NCBI GenBank assembly: GCA_030704615.1
Contig: CM060731.1
Location: 86,428,001 to 86,492,000 of the forward strand
Reading direction: 5' to 3'
DNA length: 64,000 nt
Origin: Takakia lepidozioides
Taxonomy: Eukaryota > Plantae > Bryophyta
Below the pieces are notes generated by a model. The model did not search any database, was not told the origin of the DNA, and worked only from the letters and a program-made list of their open reading frames with translations. Both the position numbers and the translations under genes were made by a program. Shown here piece after piece: positions 1-11,299 of this stretch (its first letter is position 1; each line of letters begins with the position of its first letter).

Positions 1-619
1 GATGGAATTATTGGTTAGTGGTTTAGCTCGCACCTCCGAGGTTGGTGGTTCAAATTGCCGCCGCACTGCTCCTTTTAAGCAGTTTTTATCCTCTCATTTT
101 ATTTCGGTTATACTAAGATTGTTTGCTGGGCTGATCTTTTCCTTAGAATGATCTAATTGCTTATCTATTCTTGACTCACATAAATTAATGGGGACTAGTA
201 AAAACTAAATAAATCAATATCCCTATCTTTTAAATGTAAATATATACATAAAATCCTTCAAAAAGAAAACAAATAATTAAGTTGGTTGGTTGAAATTAAA
301 TTTTGTTGTTTGCTTAATAACCAATATTTACACTAGGCTATCTCTTTAATGTATATATATATATCTAAAAATCACAATTATTTATCCCGAAGTAATTATA
401 CACTCGCCTTACTTATTTCTAGACTACTGTTTTCATAAATACGTCAATGAGTTAGCACTAACTGTTGGTTACAAATTACAAACGCAAATACTTATAACAT
501 AGAAAATTTATAAATCCACACTAGCAGCACCCTTGGAGCTAGGCGGCGCCTTCGGGACCTAACCTGGCTTTGTCTAATACAACCCTTAAATTCAGTATGC
601 AAATGTTAATGGGGTGCAT

Positions 620-1130
620 TAATGGTTGAAACTATGCCAAATTTCCAGTCAGGAAGGTAACGTATTTGCCTCCCGAAGTCGATGGTAATGTGATCTTCGA
701 GTTTCCACCTGTTACTTCGTCAAACAAAGCCTCAGGTATGTTAACAGACATGGATCAAAAGCATGACGGACACCCCTGGTGTGTGGAGGACAACAAACTA
801 TAGCGTAGGAATTGGGGGCCATCGAACAACGCACGAAGTTGGCAAGTGCGAGGTTCTCTATAACGACAGACCAAGGCTTAGTGGCACCACGGACTTGGAA
901 CTGCGAAGGCCATCGATGATTGGAAGTCGCACATTGAAGTCGAGCATAATGTTTCAAGATACATGCATGAAGGTGGGAGCTCCGATTCCATATCGAGTAT
1001 GTATGACAATGATGGCCAATTCAGTGAACCAATAACATCTCCTGACAGTTTTTGCTAAGGGTGGATCCTGCCATATTCTCGGTGCAGACATGAACGTTTG
1101 CACAGACAAGTGCCAGGAATGTTAGTTAAA
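620..1130 (+). pseudogene. Degenerate TE-associated ORF remnant, possibly a GCM/WRKY-like Zn-binding DNA-binding region
   Basis: Reading across frameshifts gives NYAKFPVRKVTYLPPEVDGNVIFEFPP...MDQKHDGHPWC/WRTTN...KC, with scattered Cys. Resemblance to GCM-like TE proteins is from memory only. Confidence 0.3.
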
Positions 1131-1165
1131 ATGGTTAGATAACAAAGTTGACCTCATAAAGATAG

Positions 1166-1611
1166 GCCGCATTTCCGTTGTATCGGAGACAAAGCATCCC
1201 AGTGCACATTCCGAAACGGAAATGCGGTGCCGCATTCCCGATCGACATCGTCCTCTCTCTGAGTGTGAACGGAAATGCGGCACCGCATTTCTGTCAATTG
1301 GGAAACCAAACTAGTGCTGGAACGGAAATGCGATGCCGCATTTCAGTCCACTGTACAAGCAGGCACATGGTGAAACGGAAATGCGGTATCACATTTCGGT
1401 CAAATGGGACAAGGAAGACACGGTGGAACAGAAAAGCGACACCGCATTTCCGTCGACTGGGACACCTTCGATAGGCAAAACGGAAATGCGGTGCCGCATT
1501 TCCATCCGGTCTCTTACTTTCGATTGTTGTTGGACGAAAATGCGGCACCGCATTTCCGTCTGAGGTGAACCTTTGTATTTTCCAGAACTGAAATGCGGCG
1601 ACTCATTTCCG
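1166..1611. repeat. Array of 24-bp palindromic repeats (CGGAAATGCGG-CA/TG-CCGCATTTCCG) separated by divergent 28-30 bp linkers, period about 53 bp
   Basis: Repeats start at 1217, 1270, 1323, 1376, 1429, 1481, 1535 and 1588, with a half repeat at 1166-1177. Linkers differ from one another. Confidence 0.95.
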
Positions 1612-1651
1612 TCCAACATGTAAGTCCTGGGGGGGGCACCCGTGCGAGCTA

Positions 1652-2203
1652 GTGGAAATGAAGGGCAGGCCAAAGTTGGAGCCAAAAACAGTGATTCAGT
1701 GTGCGAATGAGAGTTTTTTGAGGGCATTGGATGGCCGGCCGGCCGCCAAGTTAGCACACATAAAGCAAATGGAAGGCCAGAAAGCGAAAGCTCTAAGGAA
1801 GACGACTGCAGAAGAGCCTGCAGACACTCCAGGATTTGTAGCCATGATGGATTTCTTTGCAATGACAAGTGAAGGAAAGAATTGTGTGAGGCGTGGAAAA
1901 CAGACAAACTGGTCATGTGATTTGATCATCTTGGATATTCCAGATGGAGAGCCTCTGGAAGGACTGGATATTGTGCCCTCTTGGAGCAAGTATTTCTGAG
2001 GACTTTTGGAAGAAAGGGTTTGGGCTAGCCCGCATGGTATTGGATGACAAAGGTTGTGTGGTGGTCCTTGCCAGCAAAGGCAAAAACATAGAGGCGGGAA
2101 TTACCAATTGGACCCGTAAGAGTGGCGTCCCAGTTCTGAAGAAAATGTGGACCTACATCAACTCAATGGGCCTTCGCTCCAAGGGAAACTAGATAATTAC
2201 CGT
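1652..2203 (+). pseudogene. Fragment of a beta-class amino (N6A/N4C) DNA methyltransferase-like gene; paralogue of the 58.8-60.2 kb gene
   Basis: ORFs 1652-1999 and 1944-2192 join by one frameshift: TVIQCANESFL...CDLIILDIPDG...FWKKGFGLARMVLDDKGCVVVL. This aligns closely with ORFs 59356-60252 and 59114-59425 on the minus strand. Confidence 0.5.
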
Positions 2204-2549
2204 ACTGCCAAACAGAAACCGGTTGGCATTTGTAACTGTGGATTGGAATGCGGCGCCTAATTCTGCTTATGAATGGGGTCCATTGGATTTCGGTGGCACA
2301 GCATCCTTACAAAGGAATTGCGGACGATGCTGCATGAACAGTATTTCAGCACTCAGGCGACTGTGTATGGAGATGAGAATGAGTTTGTAGACGTTGCCCT
2401 TCATTGCTTATACTCCACAAGATATTTGATTTCCTCCCTTACAGGGACTTGCACGGATGAAGATTGGCGGCTCTATGAATGGAGCCGTTTTCAGTTTTCA
2501 TCTGTGCCATGATCCAAATGTTTTCGTTATCCAAATTTTCATTTTGTAC

Positions 2550-3100
2550 CCTACTAACACACACTAAGTATAGAGCGAGTGTGAGTACATTTGTACCTTA
2601 AACCCAAACCCTAAACCCTTTCCCCTAAACCCTCACCGTAAACCCTAAACCTTTGCCCTTAAGCCCTTATTACGTCTAAACCCTTACCCTTCCCATACAA
2701 ATGGGAATGAACTATCCATACTAACCATTATGGTTATCCAAATGTCTTCTCCCAACATTTTTGCGCTAGTTTTCTCCTTTGTTTTGGATTGACATGCACT
2801 TAGGTCTTTGCATAGTGTGCATTCTATGTATCTTAATACCAGGTTCCAAGGACGAGTCTTCAATTTAAATAGTTGTCCGTCCCAATGACTCTTCCATAAT
2901 ATTTGTTTCTCCATTTTTATTTTTATTTTTTATCCTACTAACACACACCAAGTTCTAGCGAGTGCGAGTACTCTTCCATATTTGTTTGTCCATTTGTACC
3001 TTAAACCCAAACCGAAAACCCCTACCTTTACCATCACCCCTAAACCATTACTCTTACCATAAACCAAAAACCTTAGTGTACTACCCTAGTTACACTCCAA
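2550..3100 (+). repeat. Degenerate telobox-like (AAACCCT) repeats, with a duplicated block at about 2551 and 2935
   Basis: aaacccaaaccctaaaccc...cctaaaccc runs; ctactaacacacac...agcgagtg...atttgtaccttaaacccaaacc occurs twice. Confidence 0.6.
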
Positions 3101-3233
3101 ACCTTATTGTACTACCATGTTACCCCTCTTCTCAATGTTTCATGCTCTTTTAATATTTTCTTTTGTTGGATAAAGTATGATAGAATGATTACTGGGATAT
3201 CAAATTCCTCAACCATTTCTTAATCATCCATCA

Positions 3234-3306
3234 AGTAGCAGGATTTGACCCCAGAATCATCTTGGTGGCACTCGGTGCACTAACCAACTGAGCTACTGAC
3301 TGTTGG
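3234..3306 (-). mobile_element. tRNA-derived SINE head (truncated copy of the 28276 family)
   Basis: Minus strand reads CCAACAGTCAGTAGCTCAGTTGGTTAGTGCACCGAGTGCCACCAAGATGATTCTGGGGTCAAATCCTGCTAC, with A-box and B-box; closely similar to 28276-28348. Confidence 0.75.
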
Positions 3307-4092
3307 TTATTCTTTTCTTTCTTAAAGGGAACTAGGGCTTCACGTTGCTCCGCACTACTAGCGACAAATTCTAAGAACTACGTTCAATTTTTCACAAAAA
3401 AAGGGTGGGTCACCCCCTCGGTGTTACATGTAGAAATCCCATGTTTTATTTTTTTCTGGAAGAAAAATGGCGGATCTGCATTTCAATGTTCAATTTTCAC
3501 AAGCCGCATCAATCAATAACAACATACCCAAATACCCTTACATTCACTATATGAACTTTCAAGCATCCACCATGGGATTGGATCTTGGTGGGTTCTGGCT
3601 AGCTTTTGACAATATTCATGCAAGTTCGTCAAGGGCTCCATCCAAAGCCACACCACGAGAAACAAACAAACATGTCCAAATTTAAGATGTTGAACAAACT
3701 TGTGCACAAGGCTGCCCCTCTCATATTCAAGCTCATTAAAATTCGTATTCACCTCCATCTTCAAGCTTTGGAGAAGCTCCACCACCCAAACCCAGAAATA
3801 GGACAACACTCTGATTTCCATCCACTGTCACCAGAATTAGTAAAAAATCACCCCTTCAGTCAAGTGCAATTGTGGGCTGACTTCCCACCTATGCCGGGTA
3901 GACCCCACTATCAGGAAATGGTGGATGGTCTAAGTAGCTACACAGATCAATGAATGAAGCAAGACACTTGCATCTTGCACTCAACAGTACATGATGGTGA
4001 CCAGTACTCTTAGGAAATGGTGGATGGTATGAGTAGCTACACAGATCAATGAATGAAGCAAGACACTAGCATCTTTCTAAGAAAACATCCTT

Positions 4093-5480
4093 TCACCAGT
4101 AATCACCACAAGAACAAATCCCATCTAATTCAAAGTGGTGGAAAGTAGTTAGCGTCCCATACAACAATTGCTCGGCCAACAATCTTTGAGATGAATTTGG
4201 TGGAGGTGTGGCAGTCTCCACACACTCGAAGATTCTTGATGAGTCGTGCTGATCAGCCCAAAACCAGTGGCTAGCTTCACACTGTGGTGGCAAAGAGAAT
4301 ATTCTTTTCCTCCACATCATGCAATAAAAAGCGTATGTCAGGCACATACCCCGCCTCCTTCATCTGCCCAGACAATCTTCTCAGCTCAGCATGGATTTCC
4401 TTAATTCTGGGATGCAACTTGTCATCTGGCTCCTTCTAACCCCTCTGACCTTCATCATTCTTCTCACCTTTGCAGTATCATCCCACCTGCCAGCTGCAAC
4501 ATAGATGTTTGATATAACAACACATAAGTCGCAACATCCTGTTCATCCCACTTGAGGCTAGATATTGCCACACATTCAGCCATCTCCACATTGCCATGGA
4601 TTCTGCAGGCACCAAGCAAAGCCTTCCATACCACAACATCTGGATTGATTGGCATTTTATTAATCAGGTCCACTGCCTCATGTAGTTGTCCCGCACGTCC
4701 AGAAGGTCCACCATGCAGCCAAAGTGCTTTACTGGCGGGGTGACACCATGATCTTGACTCAGGGAATCGAAGTAGCATCAAGATTCCTTCATTCAGTAGG
4801 CCTTGTGGCCGCATGCAGAGAGAAAACATATAAAGGTGATAATGTCCGGCTTCAAGCCGTTCTTTTGCATTCCTTCAAATAGTTGCAGGACCTTCCTATG
4901 ACAACCATGCTGGGCATATCTTGCGATCATCGGATTCCACGACACCACATCTCATTCAGACACATTGTCAAATATTCCCTTTGCATCCTCATGCACTGAC
5001 AGAGGCTCTACAGACTTAAAACCAAGGAGGCATTTCAGCAGATTCAGATATACTTAAGTGCATCAAGATGAAAGGTCTGGAAGCTGGAATCAGGTGCACA
5101 CTCACGTTATCCAAAGTGGATTCATGCCAAATGTTTTTCTACTCAACACCCTCAAGTCAACATATTGTATGTTAAGTGTGGGAGCATCGTGGATGCTCAC
5201 CAAGTTTTCCACATAGTGCCTCAACAATCTTTGATCACGTTTTCGCATCCACCAGGGCAGTGTCCAGAATGACATTTGGTACAATTCCAGCTTTGATGAT
5301 GTCACCATGCACCCTTTCCCCTTTTCCAGGGTTGCCAGGCTTGCACAAGCATTGCAAACGCACACAAACATGATGTGGTTGCACTTCACCCCTTCCCCCA
5401 TCATTTGCTCATAGGTCTCCAAGGCCTCCATCCCGCGCCCCTGCTGTGCATATCCTGCAAGCATGGTGTTCCATGACACT
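4093..5480 (-). pseudogene. PLS-class PPR-E-DYW RNA-editing factor pseudogene
   Basis: SWNTMLAGYAQQGRGMEAL; VVWKALLGACRIHGNVEMAE; HHS(V)KLA; NLRVCGDCH; ends CSCGDYW* at 4093. Multiple frameshifts and deletions. Confidence 0.92.
4994..5250 (+). pseudogene. Opposite-strand PPR segment embedded in the minus-strand PPR pseudogene
   Basis: Plus strand reads QVHTHVIQSGFMPNVFLLNTL...YVKCGSIVDAHQVF (L/S motif) between minus-strand PPR motifs. Confidence 0.7.
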
Positions 5481-6413
5481 AAATCTCGGGGATTGCTAAA
5501 CCGTCAGCGTAGCTACGGTGTGAGCCCAGCCCCGTGAGCCTGGGAGCTGAGCTCACGTTGTAGCTGCAAAGCGTGAGCGGCACAAATCTGCTGGAGAAGC
5601 AGGTCCTATAGGCAAGGATTGCAGGAAGAGGGCCTATTACTATGGACAAAACAAAAGGGGCCACCATGCACCATGTCTGCAATGCCTGCACAAAAAGAGG
5701 AATATGAAAATATGGCAGATTTGAGCTCAGAATGATTGACACACTTTATTTCAATTCACAGATAGACGCTTACAATGAATGACATGTGCATTTGCCCTGG
5801 TTCCGTGAACAAAATGTATGTATTTGTCCTAAATGAGAGGGGGAGTGAGAGGCGGTCAGTGCAACCGCGGCGCGCCAGTGTGGCGACCCCGCCGGAAAAC
5901 CTCGGTGGCGATCAGGCGCCTTCGTGAAGGGGAGAGAGAAGGGGAGAGAAGGGCGGCCACCTTGGCAGGAGGAGGATCCGCTGCGACGTTGGGGAATTGC
6001 ACGGGCGTCGCTGCCTCAAGGGGACGTCGCACGGCACTTGCAGCTCTGACGTAGAGGTGAGTTGAAGAGGCCTCTCACTTTTGTTTTTTTGTTTTTTTTT
6101 GGTTTTTTGGGTTGTGGGGTTTTGCAGGGATCATTTGGGTTTTTGGGTCTTTGGTTCTTAGGGTTTTAAGTTTACATAGTTTAGTTAAGGGTTTAGTTTC
6201 ATAGTTTAGTTTAGGGTTAATTATAATATAATTAATTTTAGGATTAGCTGCAATATAGTTTTGTTTTTAGGGTTTTGTTTTTTTGCGGGTGGGGACATAT
6301 GGCTTTATGTTTGTAGGGTTTTTTTTCAAGTTTTCCAAGGGTTGGGAGTGTAACTCCTCCGGAGGTTACAGTGGGTCACAATATGGTACTCTACGTCTCT
6401 CTCGTGCTAGGTC

Positions 6414-8168
6414 ATGCCGCGTGTCTATCGACGTGTCACGCTTGAGGATTCGTTGCTGGCTGTGCCACAACCACCTGTTGAGGGCGAGACAGCACGTTTG
6501 CCTCGTCTACAAGTTAGGCGGCATCGCCATGTCCACACAGCTTTGCCCCCACGGCCACCACCCCAAGGTCGTAGGCCGCCGAGTCCAGAGGCACGAGCCC
6601 CGGGGAGACCCCACCGGGACCGCCTCCCCAAGATTGAGTGTTGGTGCAGTTGGTGTTGGGCACGACTACCGGTTGGGAGGACCACACCGATGATGCGGCG
6701 ACCCCATGTTGTGCAAAAACATTACGCCAAGTACGAGATTGCTGATGCAGCAAAGGTAAGTCGTCCTCATATCTTCTCACGTACTCCTCAATTAAAAGTA
6801 CTATATCTAATGAAACCTCGCGTTTGTGAATTGAATATTGATGCATTTCATATCATGCATCTTGCAGCCCCGTCTTGATGTCCAAGCTCGCAATTTTTTT
6901 TGCTAAAGAGGCATACCGATGCGGGATTCTTCCTTCTTACGAGCCCCACCCCGTTCCGGATGTGAACATTTTTTTCTCGCAACATGACGTAGATGCAGTT
7001 TGTGAGGTAGCGGGGTACGATGCGTGTTTTTCTATTCTTGGGCACTGGACCAGGCGCTTGCCACCTACGCACACACATTCGTCATCCTCGACATCGGCAC
7101 CCCCATCATCACCATCATCCGCATCGTCCGTTCCTCCTATTGTACATGGTCTTTCCTCATCACCATTGCCATCCGAGGTCCCTCATACCGACCGGCTACG
7201 TGTCCCTTCCCCTCCATTGCCAAGACCACAGCCGCCACCGAGTCTGAGTTCGTCATCCTCGACATCGACACCCCCATCATCACCATCATCCGCATCGTCC
7301 GTTCCTCCTATTTTACATGTTCTTTCCTCATCATCATCGCCATCTCGGCCATCTCGGCCAGTACTACCTCCACACGAGAGCCCTCATACCAACCTACGTG
7401 TCCCTTCCCCTCCATTGCCGAGACCACAGCCGCCACCGAGTCCGTATCCGGGTCCTCCGGCACAACCCGGATGGATCCCACCACCTTTGGGGACTGTGTA
7501 TGACTGGGACCGATGGATCACTAGGTTCCCACCCCGGGAGAAGGGCCTCCGAAGTGATGGACGGGCGCCGTCCCCTAGGAGAGGTGGACCGAAGTTGTTT
7601 CGCACGTTTGGTCCGCGCCTTTGCCAGCCTAATGACGGCACCATACGTCATCGTGGTGCTAGGGAGCTATTCACGATGGGATTCCCGAGGGTGAGCTCTT
7701 TCTTTTTTGGGGTCGCATGCATTGCGTGATGGACCCTAGTATGGGTCGCGGACTTTTTTTGATGGAGGATGTAGTTTTGGGGAGATGAGAGGATTCTATG
7801 GATTTGTTCCCCTATTTGGGCCGAGGTACACCCCACCGGGAGTGGCAGTTATTGCAGACACACGGCCTTGGGTCCTTGATCCATCCTTACATCCTGTTGT
7901 GAACGACAATGATGTAAGGGCGAGAAATTTGGGCCGCAAAGCCCATATTTATTGTGACGAAAACCCCGATGTGTACGGCAACGTGGCTGGGCTCATCAAC
8001 AGTTCAGTTACCTTACCGCTGGGCCACACCGCCAACGTGTTTTGGGATGAGCGCCATAACGGGGATAGTAGATTGGACCCTAACATCACCACTTCTGTGA
8101 TGACATGTGCGAGGAGGACCATTAGGGCTGGAGAGGAGTTGTTTGCAGAGTATGACTTTAGGCGTTAG
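6414..8168 (+). pseudogene. CACTA accessory gene: CxCxxC...H motif exon, Pro/Ser-rich linker, C-terminal SET domain (frameshifted)
   Basis: Exon 1 IECWCSWCW...HVVQKHY..ADAAK|GTAAG. SET motifs MGRGLF (7741), NVAGLINSS, ARRTIRAGEELFAEY* (8168). Confidence 0.8.
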
Positions 8169-8533
8169 CCGAGTTTCATCATGTGTAGATGGACGTAGGA
8201 GGACATTTTGTACATTGAGGTGGCTTCCTCCACCGTGTATATATATACATAGGCATTGATGTGTATTTGGGTGCATTTTTTCATGCTATATTCAAGGGAG
8301 TTTGGGTGGACGTTATAGGTGAATTTGGGTATTTTGAATTATATAGTGTCTCCTTCATGTGGTGAAGCAATGTATGTATTCCCCTCGTGTGTATAATGTG
8401 TACTTTGGGTTTTATCCCGTATGATAATGAACAACACCATGTATGGAAACTGATAATGACATGGTTATTTTTGGCATCTTAGGATGCCGGCCACAACCCC
8501 ACGACGTTAATTCATGAAGTTCATGATCTTGTC

Positions 8534-9985
8534 ATGAACCGGGATTTTGTTCATTCAGAGGGGGGTGCGTGTCAAAGGGACCCGACCCCGTCTGACATGG
8601 CGGTCTCCGATGATGAGGACAACAATGACAATGGAATTATGCATGAGGATGTGGCAGCAATGGAGGATCTCTTAATGCATCAAATGGTAGATGAGGACAC
8701 GGACTCTTTGAATGACATGGAAAAAGAAGCCAAAACTCCCTTATACAAAGGGGCCAAAGTGAGTAGACTTTCAACCATCTTGTTGTTGTTGAATTTGCAA
8801 ATCCGGTTTGGCATAAGCAATGTGGGTATGTCCGCCATAATGCGGACTATTGCGGACTACATCCTTGCCCCACATTTGAAGCCGAGAATGCCACGATCAA
8901 GAAAAGAGGCAAGAGCAGCCTTGGATACTGTGGGGATGGGCTATAAGATTTTTCATGCATGTCCATGTGATAAAACCCTGTACTACGGAGAGGATGCGAA
9001 ACTCACCAAGTGTCCAAAGTGCAACAAAGCCGATATCGAGATGATGTTCAAGGAGAAAGCCCCCGCGCAGTTACCCCCGCCACAATACACTTGTATATTG
9101 CATTCTACCTTTTTGCAACTGCTACAAGACGTAAGGTTTTATTTAGAGATATAAATGACATTGATTATGATATGGGGCCGACATGGGGATGATGCCAGAA
9201 AATGCACTACTTTCCAATCATCCCGCGACTGCAGGCACACTACTGAAACCTCTCATTGGCAAAACTGATGAGATGGCACGCCTCGCATCGGAGCCCCCCG
9301 GGAAAGGTGTGCGGGCCATCAGAAGCATTGAGGCATACTGAAGAGATGTGGCCTTTTCTCTTGGAAGACCCATGACATGTCCGCCTCGGCTTCTCCTCGG
9401 GGTCAACCCATACTCTGTCCAGTCATGTAGTCCTTCCACTTGGCCGGTGACCATGGTGAGTTACAACATCCCTCCGTATCTTTCAATTAAAAAAGCATAT
9501 CATGTTGGCTGCCATTGTATCGGGTGAGTGTTCCCATTTCATGCTTATTATTTCTTTGGATTTTACATTAATCTTCTTCTCTTTGGCGCAATTTCGATGG
9601 AAGATTGATGAGTGACGTAATGATGGAGTAAGATGTGTCATTCATTATGAAATAAAAATTTCATGGTGGAGCATTGAAACAATCATGTGAATGTCGGATA
9701 GAGAAAAAAGAAATGAAACACATGGACAAGTACTTGTGACCTCTAGTTGATGAACTTAAGGAACTATGGAGGGGGGTATCGGCATTGGATGCTTCAATTG
9801 ACCGTATGGCCCGACAATCTTTTCAGATGAGAGACATCTTGCTTTGGACAATGCATGATTATCCAGGTATATTTTGTTCCCCATGAGAAACCCGCGTACA
9901 TTTACCTGTCAAGGGATATTGATGAGGATTGGGATTGATTGAAGTAGCGGCGACAGTCTTCTGCACCGTAGTGGGGTAGATGCAC
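8534..9985 (+). pseudogene. CACTA TnpD (Tnp2/Transposase_21) N-terminal part, degenerate
   Basis: EAKTPLYKGAK, KIFHACPCDKTLYY...CPKC, HYFPIIPRL, YNIPPYL, LVDELKELW, LLWTMHDYP. Confidence 0.9.
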
Positions 9986-10329
9986 ATGGATCCCACTCTT
10001 TTCTCTCACTAAGGGTTGGCCAGACACTGGCCCTTGGCTTGTATTCGTTGCTGAAGATCATCATGACAGCCCTTCAATGCCACTTTGCTTGCCCTATCAT
10101 AGTGCATGCCCAAGCTGCCCTAATTGCTACAGAAAAGTATCCGCTAATGCAGGCTGATAACTCACCCTACATGAGTGTTTTGGGAAGACATGTGCAAATT
10201 TACAATGACCCCAGCCCAAACCAGTGATGTTCATGGTGGAAAAAGCAACCTAAATCATGAAATGATGACCAAGCTAATCCCTGCAGACGCAGCTATTATG
10301 TTGTTTTACATACCATCAACACACACAAA

Positions 10330-10935
10330 CACTACAACAAATGGGGGGGGGGGGGGGGTTTGCGATGCCAGCCGCACCCCCACGCCCCGCACGGCGCCGA
10401 GCGTGCGACGCCAATCCCACGGAGCCTGTTTGCGACGCCGGGCTGTCGCAGCCAAACCCCGCGGGTCGCCACCAGGTGCCGGGGGCCAGGCGGCGACGCC
10501 TAGCCATCGTACGGGCGGATGAAGGGCAGCAAGTAGCCCTTCCGTGCGACGCCCACGCGTCGCCCCCAGTGAAGGGCAGAAGACGGCCATTTCTGGCAAC
10601 GACCGGTCGTCGCAAGCCGAAAAAAAAAACAGCCATTTCTTGCCATTTCTTTCATTGCATCCCTTTCTTGCGACGCCCGGCCGTCGCATGGTGGCATGAA
10701 GGGCAAAAGGCCCCTGCGACGCTCGGCCGTCGCAAACAGCCCGGCTGCCCTATTCTTTCAAAACAAAAAAACATGTTACAGTTTGCGACGGCGTGCCGTC
10801 GCCGTTTGCGACCCCCGGCCTCATAAATCCATTCTTTCAAAACAAAAAAACAGGTCGCAGTTTGCGACGGCTTGCCGTCGCCGTTTGCGACCCCCGGCCA
10901 TAAATTAAAAAAAAAACGCGTCGCAGGCAGCGACA
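10330..10935. repeat. CACTA terminus and subterminal repeat region (TTTGCGACG / CGTCGC motifs in both orientations)
   Basis: CACTACAA at 10330; many GCGACG/CGTCGC motifs; a near-identical ~68-bp unit at about 10753 and 10832. Confidence 0.88.
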
Positions 10936-11299
10936 ACAGTGCTTTCTAGGTTTAGGTTTAGGGCCTTTGGGGGTTCTTAGTTGTTTTTTTTTTTTTTTTT
11001 TTTTTCTCCATATGGTACTGGGTAGGGTGTTTGTTTTTCTTGATGGTTTAGCTTATTGTTGTGGACCTTCTTGTAGATTGTGACATTCATTTTGATAATT
11101 CTCTTGGTACCACATCTATATGTGTTGCTCCAACGTATTCATTGCCTCTGCCTTCTTTCTTGAAAGACTACCAGCCACAGCCATATTTGATCAATTATAG
11201 AAATAAACTACAATATGCATGTACATGTACAATCAATCGAAGGGATGGGTCCAGTTCGGTGCGAGAATTGTTATGTAGCTTTGATTTTGTGTCTAATCA

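Larger units (their letters stand above)
5830..9990 (+). mobile_element. CACTA/En-Spm element 1 (truncated), carrying a SET-domain gene and TnpD
   Basis: GCGAC/GTCGC subterminal-type motifs at about 5880-6030; gene order and exons homologous to the minus-strand CACTA at 10330-18190. Termini not found. Confidence 0.8.

Noticed and set aside
10-70. tRNA-like sequence (TGGTTAGTGG...GGTTCAAAT)
   Set aside because: No convincing cloverleaf, tail or TSD; it may be a decayed SINE head cut by the window edge.
515-575. Helitron 3' end (hairpin plus CTAG on the minus strand)
   Set aside because: The hairpin is weak and there is no Rep/helicase sequence or matching 5' end.
1166-1611. A true prokaryotic CRISPR array or bacterial contamination
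   Set aside because: No cas genes; the context is eukaryotic; repeats are degenerate; the same palindrome family occurs in ordinary tandem repeats at 60-64 kb.
2599-3100. Telomere or interstitial telomere
   Set aside because: Repeats are short and degenerate, as often seen in TE subterminal DNA.
3352-3365. CACTA terminus (CACTACTAGCGAC)
   Set aside because: No subterminal repeat cluster or partner terminus follows it.
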